The translations under genes and the position numbers were made by a program. A stretch of 64,000 nucleotides of DNA from a virus (taxonomy: Duplodnaviria; Caudoviricetes), in IMG/VR virus record IMGVR_UViG_3300021399_000134, positions 1 through 64,000 of that record; one strand, given 5' to 3'. Under the pieces are notes generated by a model. The model saw nothing but the letters and a program-made list of their open reading frames with translations. It was not told the DNA's origin and did no database searches. This document shows, in pieces, positions 31,901 through 38,672 of this stretch. The stretch's first letter is position 1. Each line of letters starts with the position of its first letter.

Positions 31901-33797
31901 TGGCAAGGTTGTCTAATTCTTGCTTTTCTTTTTGTACTTCCTTTGTGACATCCTTTATTTCTTCTTTTTCTTGCTTTGTAGAAGATATTGCCTTGTCAAA
32001 AGCATTTTTAATTGGTTTTGATGCTTCTAAAATGCTATTTAATTCTGCATCAATTTCACCGATTGTATTACCACTGATTTCTTCAATAACACCTTCTGTA
32101 TCATATTTATCTAAATCATCTAAAGCCTTTCTTAATTTAACAAACGGTTCAATGATTTTTTGATTATCTACAGCATTCCCTTGTTGGTATAAACCTGCAT
32201 AAATTGCCGAAACCTCATCATATGAGGTTTCTATATCTTGTACAATATCATCTAAAGTAGGTATTACTTCTGGTGGTTGTTCTACTTTTTTTTTCTTTTT
32301 TTGAGATTTTTCTCTTTGTCTTTTAGCAAATTTTTCTTGTGCTATTTTTTGATTTTCGCTTATTTCATCTGGTCTAATTTTATCTCTTAAAACAACTTCC
32401 CCTCCAGCAATTTCTTTAACCAGATTTGATAAAGTTTCGTCATTTTTAATGCTTTTACCGTCAATAACAATTTCAGGTGTTACTTTTAATAGTATTGGAG
32501 ATTCTTCCTCAATAGTTTTTTTGACACCACGAATAAAATCATTCGCTTCTGATTGAGCCTTTTCACCTTTAACATTGATTGTAAAATCAATTTGTTGCTT
32601 AAAGTCTTTTTCCATTATTTCGGAAATCTTATTAATGCTCTGTCTTATTTCCCCTTCAAATTCAGGGTCCATTTTAATTTTAGAAGATGCTAACTGTTGT
32701 TGCAAACTTTTCAGTATGTCATTATTCTTTCTTGTAGCGTAGCCTGAAACTAAAACTAATTTTACTTCTAACGGAGTGGCACTTAATCTTTGTTGAACAG
32801 AATTTACTATCTCATATACTGCATCATAAAATTCTTTTCTTGTAGTAGAAATTGATAATGGGATTTCTAATTCATTAGTACCCATTTCTGATAATAATTT
32901 TCTTTTTAATTCTTTTTGCTCTTGAGTTAGATTTTGTATGTTATAATACAGTTGAGTTTTTAATTCATCCACATTATCCAATTCAATGTTAGGTGAAATG
33001 TGTGTTAATTGTTGCACAACTTTGAGTAATTGATCGTAGGTTGACATAAACTTATCAAAGCTTAAATCAGGCATGTCAACACTTAATTCAGAAAACTGAT
33101 AATCTAGTCTAGCAAAATCTTTTAAAAATTGATTAAAGGCTTTTTCTCGTTCAACTAGAGGTTTTTTTGATAATTCTCCATGAGTTAAATTATTTATATT
33201 TCTAACCAGTGTAGCAAATTCTTTTTGTACATTTGCAGCAGCTTCTTCTGTATCGCCAACAAATCCTTGTGCCTCTTGTCTGCCTGCTTGCAGTAAACGA
33301 TAATACCTATTTGCATCCTCCAATTGCTTTTTAATAGTTTTGTTGCTAGCAGTTTGAATCTTTACACCATTACCAGATTTATTTATGTCACGAATAACCT
33401 TATTTACGGATGACATTTCTGTATGTAAAGCTGTAGCCTGTTTAGACATATTATTTAAAGTTTTTGAAAATACTTCTGCTTGTGCAGTAGACATATTCTT
33501 CGACATAGATTCAAAGCCTATTCGCATATCTTCAATAACTTTAGCAACATTTTTAAATCTTTGTGCAGTTTCAAAAGCAAATTCTTTAGAAATATTACCA
33601 TTAAAAGTTGTGTCAAGGTCTTTCTTAATATCAGCAAGCATTTTCTTCAAGTCTTGAACTTCTTTGCTGAAGATATCACTTAATCCAATAGTATCTGCAA
33701 AGTCCGCTTTGCGTAATTCATTGGTCATGTCTTGTACAAATTTTTTAATATCCGCCGAAAAGCCAATTTCAATAATTACATCTTTGTTATGTGCCAT
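19902..33797 (-). CDS. tape measure protein, 4631 aa
   Basis: TP901-type core (LDTELVDLRKTT..LGTTTAEIISQASAWSRLGY) near 27.0-27.8 kb; helical composition; C-terminal GFSHGG..GEGF motif; position. Confidence 0.9.
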   Translation of the reverse strand: MAHNKDVIIEIGFSADIKKFVQDMTNELRKADFADTIGLSDIFSKEVQDLKKMLADIKKDLDTTFNGNISKEFAFETAQRFKNVAKVIEDMRIGFESMSKNMSTAQAEVFSKTLNNMSKQATALHTEMSSVNKVIRDINKSGNGVKIQTASNKTIKKQLEDANRYYRLLQAGRQEAQGFVGDTEEAAANVQKEFATLVRNINNLTHGELSKKPLVEREKAFNQFLKDFARLDYQFSELSVDMPDLSFDKFMSTYDQLLKVVQQLTHISPNIELDNVDELKTQLYYNIQNLTQEQKELKRKLLSEMGTNELEIPLSISTTRKEFYDAVYEIVNSVQQRLSATPLEVKLVLVSGYATRKNNDILKSLQQQLASSKIKMDPEFEGEIRQSINKISEIMEKDFKQQIDFTINVKGEKAQSEANDFIRGVKKTIEEESPILLKVTPEIVIDGKSIKNDETLSNLVKEIAGGEVVLRDKIRPDEISENQKIAQEKFAKRQREKSQKKKKKVEQPPEVIPTLDDIVQDIETSYDEVSAIYAGLYQQGNAVDNQKIIEPFVKLRKALDDLDKYDTEGVIEEISGNTIGEIDAELNSILEASKPIKNAFDKAISSTKQEKEEIKDVTKEVQKEKQELDNLANTNKKQKKLVPKSPDYIVNFKDALLAILKLSKQTSESFQKMNVPEDLTTKLDDIAKALNNISESLGFVQDESSARNLLHITNEYLETLGRLEVMLSKLNGFKEPIDDVKNEIPETPLDDIMNKYFPDTWEKTKEKAFNYTEEEVSLKTIDGLLHDIRLELYDVSDALVSIDDKGNIQNIATIFNEVVVALDKIINRLSEIKSFGGGNVATTLSEKTSSVLDDELRKYYNAYSKMPKKLNKSNHNELFASIAGDLSNAGIMDISSEELNELYGDKVLRGLGDKDRLNRLVDFFNIMNKLAVYYKEEKPKVERLLQKAQQDLATEMAGDNSNQLNIGSLKAHIQNYEEQLKEISAFPKSTSLLSGNRKNLSKVAEKKILKESTTEASNVSDTSKAYLNEEAVVDKVTTEESNKLDKVVNKIREIVLSIDEKNAAFEQERQIVEGVITSEINQLDTLSGNLILVSQDIEKLNQKFVELDNIQSYENITTNFSTLTSSLNELKTALDSEKEFFEKNNNAIKGILDEEVNIVKTKNNEIKNIINTVFSSMTIEHNDKLTTEMKTEIENILNTIYNTIDFTAINKKISNFYANKTRQLKEFKTRIEPHISEINDLFKKMIPRQNKNSNPFNLDWIKSIDNDSIENVRALAEAINNLSIALKFDDLDNFNKFIDNLSARSEELKSVADIFNKLSKKQVAEGLGKDSQKSETKKDRPSIFLSRASNDEFYAEATFVRAQAEKYKDILGEVVKIQRQVDKNKLSYLVMGEFRNAIFAPDSDDEWLFSQESLGENTRVDNQKQLTREYSLKLLASMLAKDESNYQKYVNEIAALYDDLSKMQFKDIYGDIGYSKILQKEWDEHYSRLRKEIVETHKNMERVAKNNEYEKELNNLEQVLINNSAYTDDFRNRIEQLRTSLQNTNDNNLLRMWATQFKDLNADAQKFLNIDIQQTEFYNGLKQLDILSQKIESDTNLATKFGKNSGNDVVGQLRAQLANVNDDTQQTLYDKTFEGIKAEIELEKLVQKEKNNTAKIDEKNLTRSQKLQNLIEATKTDPNFYSKYQTSFNDMVYKLAGAEQDKTQLSIWDEQFRRLKSDIDNDPFNKIISNAKEYLKVQSSIFDNNKKKVFDPTNLQTYDQNLKELQVQLELISKELQSTTGFDSFEEYLKSLGNNASSEFTSIVQSIRMVQNALQTFNVTENVEVFDFQAIINSLNDLKNATRNGKFGKDINDVIAQIESYSKKIKTENIPIKEIFKQYTDFTKQYKTLVDTMNQPIYTPITREDTTRELLKLDKFVAKNSAMSKEFKDQFANLRIQIETADSKEKLAELSTELLKLESNVVRAGETGKSIFQSLSNRIKQMSINFISMYLSLYDISRYAREAFDVIRNLDTELVDLRKTTTMNTSELNAFYAESSKTAANLGTTTAEIISQASAWSRLGYSSREAATEMAALSSQFAAISPGMDTETAQSGLVSIMKAFNIEPDDVKTEIMDPINKLGNTFAESNLDIVEGLERSSAALHAVGTSFQDSVALFTGAQEIIQNSEKVGTALRSISMRVRGYNESTEELDNNLSTITGDVVELTKTASNPEGISLFTDETQRHYKSLVQYLGELSNSWDEISEKNKNALLQKLFAKTQAQVGSSIISNFDQVRAAIEAVETSAGSADKEMGIVRDSIDFKINEIQQTWVGALQQILDKEDIKSLLDNIITLSDALANVIGQLGVSKVVTGGGVGFGLITSIKSFMEIWKQMKSMTTTGTEITTVIGNIKEALSDADYADLFKDGYIKSDDFTKTLANSIVGYDEEQARKILKDVQGKYSEFTDEAIEQILSAANISLQNTNTLNSATIISKLNIGGVSEDVRDSILGQLNLIDAQGNLINGTREITEIDLRAALATSQLTEAQRDQVLATLLSTSATDRQAISFSNLATVVKAKVTSAFKTMMNSWITAGIAVGAAIAFYAKLMNTQNELNESAKKVGETFKSENETIDNYKSEIYSLHQTINDSASSLDEVSNARERLLELQNELISNYGTEKDAIQDINDAIDGQTDALNNLNKKAYDDAITEFNKKSLFTKARETVGNWIGAMNPLLSVLSGDDPVSTFKGMLNNYSVPTEDLQNRWGNYQSMFGTISRDVKLGSSGSEKFDKILNERFNGGIITGNVEDVIKDLQEIRDISANYNDINNKFLDKLNNKLAEANSFYESNKDLMKAMIYYQRILNNETSTEQYAKVDKAKEAYDEALKSGNQDDIESTRKKLVELLNSSNVDVVDWFNMEYPALQEEIATWEFKANLKLEPTLALEDIQQDISSNTVEKILNLPEDSDLKLRLTNFADENGFDNLESLLDYLHELGYIRDEQEQLIYDMFGDKIDWDSLSNKEKKAILKLTKDDVNYLNYRNKAILKKDTELQRQEDTGLQRRLAQLKKERAKATNANDFIRQYDLDNQIQELEDFQEFQPKVGLDYTEESTAEFTKRAKKYALKQLKAERIAMNDAWKLLSSDQRKSLLDLAIGGTLNYKTLSNINGVKEHFEDLGFSVKEVLDYINQIPDSTQALSAMKGGITAITSAYSEKKEDKTGTYGAVGTDTLEGLRTTLGVDQWTGKAAKAWENYKNVAGDSEKSLDDLKVAQDKLATAYVSTDEFLAKVDEDSKGYYETQLKEMGVTNAHDIVLSKLIRQNKDNAYSKEFATKKGKRLIDATQQEIDAFIIEQGYAENSAQAFRDLAFQKKVTALMSNDLKNATLSDIEELSKLTGASKSATFAMAQTLIAKRGFNKVALNTEDDVNALIKLGNKAGATAAQLAALRTYKFLKFRKGSVPSEAEKNLDDQLAKAEQKAEEVGKSIQTKFAKIATETESKTETERGNKGDDGSKSGSNSSETDTSQEIDWIARRLQHLQNVIDYTKAKLENLFNMRAKDANYKSQIKQYENLWKSQEIAAKKYYGKAESYLRKNGRLNILYGAGVSLEKLRTGAIKGSPDELIKKYGEKAANIITTYQGYWDNAKNAEKAAEEAHTSWRETYNAWYQEYVDQADQEKASIEANEELVKSAKEKNKYERQKIKWINQSYKYQIKQAQLEKDQAKVAELRAQRDKEILDIHHNILQNILDENEAMRSYNSIARENATTLAEQDDLYASDIATYRKDNSANEDYYAKRLHTLSTGTLGGGQKVPNNVKNALRKSKVAKKIKNKVKTLIKSGKEIPDSLLKKLPANLQGILATYNTSLSKEIKAEIEALELERDTAREENEKNIRETLISAYQGHADEASTNYDIAQAMEEQVGYASDKNSYESQSREYLTEQYGYLLAIDDANEDILSRQQHILEYREKIQDSHFKELENLQAEYDLYESITKASISSLEARGEYLETVGRYLTEDYYNISNQLTQTNIDNNTKMLEAYSQALKAKYEAGEISSEQYVKGLTAQSELEQNILSDENKLIENRKALNEIKLRPFEIMKQYLEDAVTYTEHIITMLSHKTLTDKDIFGLTDDGLATLDAYADKLNYVDSERQNAYTELLRYKEILDSGDEVGNLEETLSKIAELTQAVNSYTEEYANTVDNLKDLVQEAFDAQLEGLNELISKRKDALQAEKDLYEYQKKVKEQNKDIADIQKQIAALSGDNSDEARMKLQKLNIELKDAQQTLADTEYDQWLQDQEDALDTMSEDFEDFIETIMSDSDSVKNAVIKLVSKYDQLIATQLVANGLSTNQMRATKNEDGSTTYSYQTDDGTTVTVTADANNNITNQNYNKVISDIEGIIPDYSHSMNNLIEGLEKESNIDAEINDTVNQIQHTVGEAINELKAKLIGDTGTVTTLDTSNLATSINSSTTSVLDNISADDIGTITTPKSTGLTEKQKKYQTIVKALNQGSATNEQVKTALKYVGKSTSSEMVGSYKDTEVLRKQLAKEVKAKAGFSHGGIGQLVPSNEDGIAFVRNGEGFIMPEHVKTIQELLNNLPTIESYTRTISTPNTMSASLNVGDINISLDGSNVTDPESFVRTFKQSKEMQKAVQNATIGQISKSYNNKLAI

Positions 33798-33853
33798 TTT
33801 TCTATTCCTTTCTTATCGCGAATCTCTACAAGATACTATGAGAGTAATCGCTA

Positions 33854-34297
33854 TTATTTATATCGTTTTATAAGTTTTTGTTGTTCTTCGTATATAATAT
33901 CTAAAGGAGTTGGTATCATACGTTCAGGATAACCCCATATAGCACTCGCCACTCCATGAAAACCTTGATAAACAAAGTCAAATACTTCTTGTTTTGGGTC
34001 TTGGTATATGTCAGACATGTTACTGGCTGATAATCTTACACCACCTCTAATAATACTGTTATGTGGGTTTTTGTAGTATTTAGAGAAACTATTTTTCTCA
34101 AAGTTCCAGTAATGCCTTCTATAATATATAGGTTTATAATGAGCATAAAACATATCAATAGCGTAAGTAGCAGCATTATACAATTCATCACTAACTTCAT
34201 GTGCTAATAATTTTTTACGCTCTAAAGCAACATCATTTATTTTTTTTATTCCTTCTGGTGTAAATTTAACTCTATTTAAATGTTTTAATCTCCCCAT
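33854..34297 (-). CDS. hypothetical tail-region protein
   Basis: ORF track; operon context. Confidence 0.7.
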   Translation of the reverse strand: MGRLKHLNRVKFTPEGIKKINDVALERKKLLAHEVSDELYNAATYAIDMFYAHYKPIYYRRHYWNFEKNSFSKYYKNPHNSIIRGGVRLSASNMSDIYQDPKQEVFDFVYQGFHGVASAIWGYPERMIPTPLDIIYEEQQKLIKRYK

Positions 34298-34809
34298 TAA
34301 TTATTCTCACTTTCTATATCCTTGTTAATCAACTCTACAATTCGATTATTTAAGGTTTCTTCAACAACCGTACTAATGTCTTTTATTCTATCAAAAATAC
34401 CATTAATACTTCTGTCATTTTCATAAGCATCATTAGATTTCATTTCTAAGATAGTTGATATTTCCTTAACTTCTCTTTCTGGAATACAACTTAATAAATC
34501 GTCTAGAAAACCATACTCGCAAAGCAAATCATATACTTCCATCATGTTTGATTCTTCACCACCATATATGATGTCAATATCTGTATATAAATTAATGAGA
34601 GTAGTAACATAAAGAATATATTTATTAGCAGAATTTAGATGATAGTGCTTTTCGCTATCATAACTAGATGCTTCAACAATGCGTTCGCACCAAAAACATT
34701 TTTCACTAAACGGAATATATTTTTTCTGTAATCTCTTTGCGATATAGTCTTTCTTCTGTGAATCTAATTTCATTAGTTTATAAGTATCAATAAATTTAGT
34801 TATTTTCAT
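34297..34809 (-). CDS. hypothetical protein (possible tail assembly chaperone)
   Basis: Position between tail tube and TMP. Confidence 0.5.
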   Translation of the reverse strand: MKITKFIDTYKLMKLDSQKKDYIAKRLQKKYIPFSEKCFWCERIVEASSYDSEKHYHLNSANKYILYVTTLINLYTDIDIIYGGEESNMMEVYDLLCEYGFLDDLLSCIPEREVKEISTILEMKSNDAYENDRSINGIFDRIKDISTVVEETLNNRIVELINKDIESENN

Positions 34810-34837
34810 AATGTATTTTTCCTTTCATTCATAATGT

Positions 34838-35200
34838 TTAGTTTTCTTCACCGTTTAATGCAGGTAATATATATATCAGACTTTCGGTAGGAATATTTAG
34901 ATTAATTATATCTTTGTATGGAATAGTAGTTATTTCTACTTTAACTTCCTCTTGTAATAATTTATCTAATTCACAATTGATTTTCTGAATATCCTCTGCG
35001 TTATCAATGGTTGTTTGGTTTGTATCTTTGCGATACGATAACACTAAACTTTCTCTCGCCTGAAAATACGCATCTACGCTAGGTTGTAATTGTGACAAAA
35101 CCATTAATAATTTATACTTTATGTTGATTGGTAAATCTTCTGTGTTGTCAATAGTCTTTTTGATATGCTCGTAGCACAATATTATTGTTTTTAATTTCAT
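34838..35200 (-). CDS. hypothetical protein
   Basis: ORF track; operon context. Confidence 0.65.
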   Translation of the reverse strand: MKLKTIILCYEHIKKTIDNTEDLPINIKYKLLMVLSQLQPSVDAYFQARESLVLSYRKDTNQTTIDNAEDIQKINCELDKLLQEEVKVEITTIPYKDIINLNIPTESLIYILPALNGEEN

Positions 35201-35210
35201 TTTAATCCTT

Positions 35211-35672
35211 TTAATCCTCCATTATTGACAGTCCTATCATAATAGCGTCAGCCTCATCCTCTATAGGGTTAAAGCCATATTTATTTCGTATGTAATCCAT
35301 TGCACATTGTTTCAACGTTGCTCTATCTTTAATTCCTTCAAAACAAGCAAATGCACTTCTCCATGTGCCTGGCATTACACTTTGAAAATATATTTCATTC
35401 TGAATACAATAACCCCATATACCACCAATTATCATTGTTAACATTTTTAATGTTTTGACATTATTCTTTTTAAAATCATCCTCTATAATCACATAATTAG
35501 GATGCCAAGAATCTAATTGTTTTATAATAAAGCCTATCATCATATCCATTCGCACATCTGTTCTTTTCTCTTTTTTTAAATCTATTACTAAATGTTCACA
35601 TAATTTTCCGTTTTTAAAAAGAGCCATTCCTGTGCAAGTTGATGAACTGTCTATACTTACTGTTTTATACAT
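35211..35672 (-). CDS. RuvC-like Holliday junction resolvase
   Basis: VSIDSSSTCTG, VIIED, DEADAIMIG acidic triad. Confidence 0.8.
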   Translation of the reverse strand: MYKTVSIDSSSTCTGMALFKNGKLCEHLVIDLKKEKRTDVRMDMMIGFIIKQLDSWHPNYVIIEDDFKKNNVKTLKMLTMIIGGIWGYCIQNEIYFQSVMPGTWRSAFACFEGIKDRATLKQCAMDYIRNKYGFNPIEDEADAIMIGLSIMED

Positions 35673-35684
35673 AAGTTCCTCTCT

Positions 35685-35975
35685 TTACTTTAGTTTGTAT
35701 TCTCTATACAATTTATATAATTCTCTTGTTTCATCTTTTAAAAAAATCATAATTAAATCTTCCATAGGCGATACATACATATCTACAGGTCTTGCACCAT
35801 GCTTAATAAACAAGAATTGCTCATACCTATCTCGAATACGCACAACCTCTCTTGATTTATAAGGTCTTGTTTGAAATGTTGGTTTTATTAATCTATCATC
35901 CATATTTTTAATCCTTTCAATCATCAAAAATCCTAAAAAAGCAGACAACCAAAAATTATTCGGATGTCTGCCCAT
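35685..35975 (-). CDS. hypothetical protein (true start probably internal, e.g. MDDRLIKP)
   Basis: ORF track; overlaps the upstream gene. Confidence 0.6.
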   Translation of the reverse strand: MGRHPNNFWLSAFLGFLMIERIKNMDDRLIKPTFQTRPYKSREVVRIRDRYEQFLFIKHGARPVDMYVSPMEDLIMIFLKDETRELYKLYREYKLK

Positions 35976-36294
35976 TCTCTAAATCAACATCCACTTTTTT
36001 CTTTCTTCTTCTACCACGCTTTGGTGCGTCAGTAGTAGTCATTATATTTTTTAATACTTCTTGTACAGATTCTGTATATTTTGAATAATCTGTTATATTG
36101 TATTTTCTTAATACTGCTTTAACTTTACTTTCTTTAAAAATGCCCATGTTATATCCAGAAATCGCATTAAATAAATCTTTGCATTCTTCCGTATCATAAT
36201 CGAACATCCAAGATGGTTTTCCTTTATGTTCACTACAACTTGTGCAAAATTCATATCGAGTTCCACAACATAAACATTGTCTATTATTTGCCAT
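35956..36294 (-). CDS. Cys-rich hypothetical protein
   Basis: CLCC..CTSC..C motif; basic C-terminus. Confidence 0.7.
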   Translation of the reverse strand: MANNRQCLCCGTRYEFCTSCSEHKGKPSWMFDYDTEECKDLFNAISGYNMGIFKESKVKAVLRKYNITDYSKYTESVQEVLKNIMTTTDAPKRGRRRKKKVDVDLENGQTSE

Positions 36295-36315
36295 ATTTAT
36301 ATCCTTTCATTAGAT

Positions 36316-36357
36316 AAAACAAGACGGATACAAGAAATAAACACTTGCACCCGCCCC
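36316..36357 (-). terminator. terminator-like hairpin after the tail tube gene
   Basis: GGGCGGGTGCAAG / CTTGTATCCGTCT then TGTTTT. Confidence 0.6.
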
Positions 36358-36460
36358 GTTAAACAAACTATGAATTTTTATGCAAACCTAATTCTGCAAG
36401 TTCACCATACTGATATGGTGTTAAATCTCCATACTTATACCTTTTAGTCGTCGGTGTGAT

Positions 36461-37303
36461 TCACTCATCAGAATTGTTGTATTTAGCAACATCATAAAGG
36501 TTTGAATCTTCTGCAATTGCAATATAGTAAAGCAACTGCTTTTTAGCACAATAATCCTTTAATGCCTGAGCACTGAAGTTCTGTGTTGATTCAGTATCAA
36601 GAGTCCAATCGAAATCAGGAGCCATCTGGAACTTAGGGAATACAATGTATAATGCACGAGTAACCTCACTATCACAAATATCTGAGCAAAGAACTCTTGC
36701 TGTTGCCTTGCACTGCTTAGGGAAGATGTCAGAATAGTTATCAACTCTTGCTGCTGTCTTGTCCTCTGTTACCTGATACTCATACTTGATTTCAACAATA
36801 TCTGTTGCATCAGTTGGAAGTGTAATAGTTGTAACACCAGTAGTTTCATCTGTTGCAATTGCATAAACACCTGCACCTGCTGTTGTACCCTTTGTGTAAC
36901 GCTTTGCAAGGTCAGGTACTCCGTTATCATGTGTACCATAAACAATAAGTGTTCCATCAATAGGTGTATCAGGAAGGTCATAAGGTGAATCTGTTGCATT
37001 AACAAGCATAATTCTAGGAAGAACTACATTCTCTCCTGTAATAATTTCACTACCTGTCTGAAGTCCATGAAGATTCATTGAGAATACAGCATTCTCTCCA
37101 CTTACCTCTACCTGTTTTGCTGTGTAGTATCTTTTAAGAAGAGCACCATTAGCGTCTTGCTTATCTCTTGTGTCAGCACTTTCATTCAATGATAATGAAG
37201 ATAACTGGTCTAATACTGCGAGAAGTTTACCATTTGAGTCCTCAAAGAACATATCCAAAGGACGGTCAATGATAAGCTGGTCAAAATTTAATGTGTCTGC
37301 CAT
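36461..37303 (-). CDS. major tail tube protein (probable)
   Basis: 280 aa, beta-rich, followed by a terminator; position upstream of chaperone and TMP genes. Confidence 0.65.
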   Translation of the reverse strand: MADTLNFDQLIIDRPLDMFFEDSNGKLLAVLDQLSSLSLNESADTRDKQDANGALLKRYYTAKQVEVSGENAVFSMNLHGLQTGSEIITGENVVLPRIMLVNATDSPYDLPDTPIDGTLIVYGTHDNGVPDLAKRYTKGTTAGAGVYAIATDETTGVTTITLPTDATDIVEIKYEYQVTEDKTAARVDNYSDIFPKQCKATARVLCSDICDSEVTRALYIVFPKFQMAPDFDWTLDTESTQNFSAQALKDYCAKKQLLYYIAIAEDSNLYDVAKYNNSDE

Positions 37304-37327
37304 TTTTTTAATTCCTTTCTTTGAAAA

Positions 37328-38131
37328 TTATTTATATGATTTATTAATCAACTTCTTGCCAGTAGGCTCGAAGTTAGATTTATCGTATATCCACGAAAAT
37401 GCCTTGCTAGGTATTTTACTTGTATCAACAAAGCCTGACATACTTCCTTGCGTTAATGAAACTGCATTTTTCTTTACTTGAATTTGAGCGAGTGATAATG
37501 TTAATTGATAAATCGTTAAATCAAAGGATTCCTTATAACCATAATAAAATTCTTCTGTATTTACTAACGATACTATTGTTGGATATAAAATACTTTCAAA
37601 TGGTTTAGGATTTCTCATGTTTCGTTTTATCGTTTTACGATCATCTTCAATTAATATATTTGCAGTAGCACGATTGGCTGGTTTCTTGTTTTTATGTTTG
37701 AAACCTATCATCTGCGATATTAATTTAATAAACTTTTCGTAATCTTTTTTTGTTATAATTACATTGTCGTCATCATCACATAAGACATATTGTTGTTCTT
37801 CCTTATATGTCAATACAGATGGTTTTAATTTACTTATATCGTAATTAAACATTATCTGTAAATCTGAATAATCATATCCTCTTATAATCCCTATAAAGAA
37901 TTCCCAATCACTAACAGTTGTAAAATCAACATGTAGTTGGTCATGAAAATATGCTGGCATATCTCTAGCAGCAGAGCATAGCGTGAAAAAAACAGAGAAA
38001 AATTTAGCCTCTCCAAACTCCCATATTTCTCTAGCAGTAGGTTGATGGATAGTGATATACTTATTGATTGGTATATCTTCTCCATACAACAAACTTAATT
38101 CATCAACTTCTAAGATTGAAGGTTGTGCCAT
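37328..38131 (-). CDS. conserved-looking structural-region protein
   Basis: ORF track; operon context. Confidence 0.65.
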   Translation of the reverse strand: MAQPSILEVDELSLLYGEDIPINKYITIHQPTAREIWEFGEAKFFSVFFTLCSAARDMPAYFHDQLHVDFTTVSDWEFFIGIIRGYDYSDLQIMFNYDISKLKPSVLTYKEEQQYVLCDDDDNVIITKKDYEKFIKLISQMIGFKHKNKKPANRATANILIEDDRKTIKRNMRNPKPFESILYPTIVSLVNTEEFYYGYKESFDLTIYQLTLSLAQIQVKKNAVSLTQGSMSGFVDTSKIPSKAFSWIYDKSNFEPTGKKLINKSYK

Positions 38132-38660
38132 TTAATCTTTTAAGGGAGTTGTTGGTCTGTTGTTCGAATACTAATGTTCGTGTCGCATAATCTGTATCTA
38201 CAACACTAGGTTCATTACTTACTAACACTATTTGATTACCAAATATATTTGTTCCATGAAACATATCAATTAAAACTGCCGCAATTAAATCATGCCTTGC
38301 AATTCCAGTCTTTTGTTCCACAATATTCTTTTGTTCGCACAATATATGAAATACAATTTCTGTATGTTTCATACCAGGGTTATTTCTTGGTATTTCATTA
38401 AACTGTATTTCATAACATATAAAGTTTTGAACATCAGTTTGTGTTGGTTTAATTAAATAGTATGGTAAGATATTTACATTAAAATATTCGTCATTCTCAG
38501 CTTCGTTTTCCTCTAATTCCTTGTTATTCAGTAGATATATGATTTTGTTACTTTTAAGTAATTGATGTTTAATCAATTCTTTGTAGCGAACTATATCTTC
38601 GTTACTCTGTTGTTTATAACTCAGAAGTTCGCTTAACTCTTGTTCAGAAATTTTCATCAC
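38103..38660 (-). CDS. head-tail joining/tail completion-region protein
   Basis: Position only. Confidence 0.5.
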   Translation of the reverse strand: MMKISEQELSELLSYKQQSNEDIVRYKELIKHQLLKSNKIIYLLNNKELEENEAENDEYFNVNILPYYLIKPTQTDVQNFICYEIQFNEIPRNNPGMKHTEIVFHILCEQKNIVEQKTGIARHDLIAAVLIDMFHGTNIFGNQIVLVSNEPSVVDTDYATRTLVFEQQTNNSLKRLNGTTFNLRS

Positions 38661-38672
38661 AAACTCCTTTCA

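Noticed and set aside
21079-33932. Short + strand ORFs inside the tape measure gene
   Set aside because: They are antisense shadows of a long ORF, with no SDs or motifs.
33854-35200. Programmed -1 frameshift in tail assembly chaperones
   Set aside because: No convincing slippery heptamer linking adjacent ORFs was found by eye.
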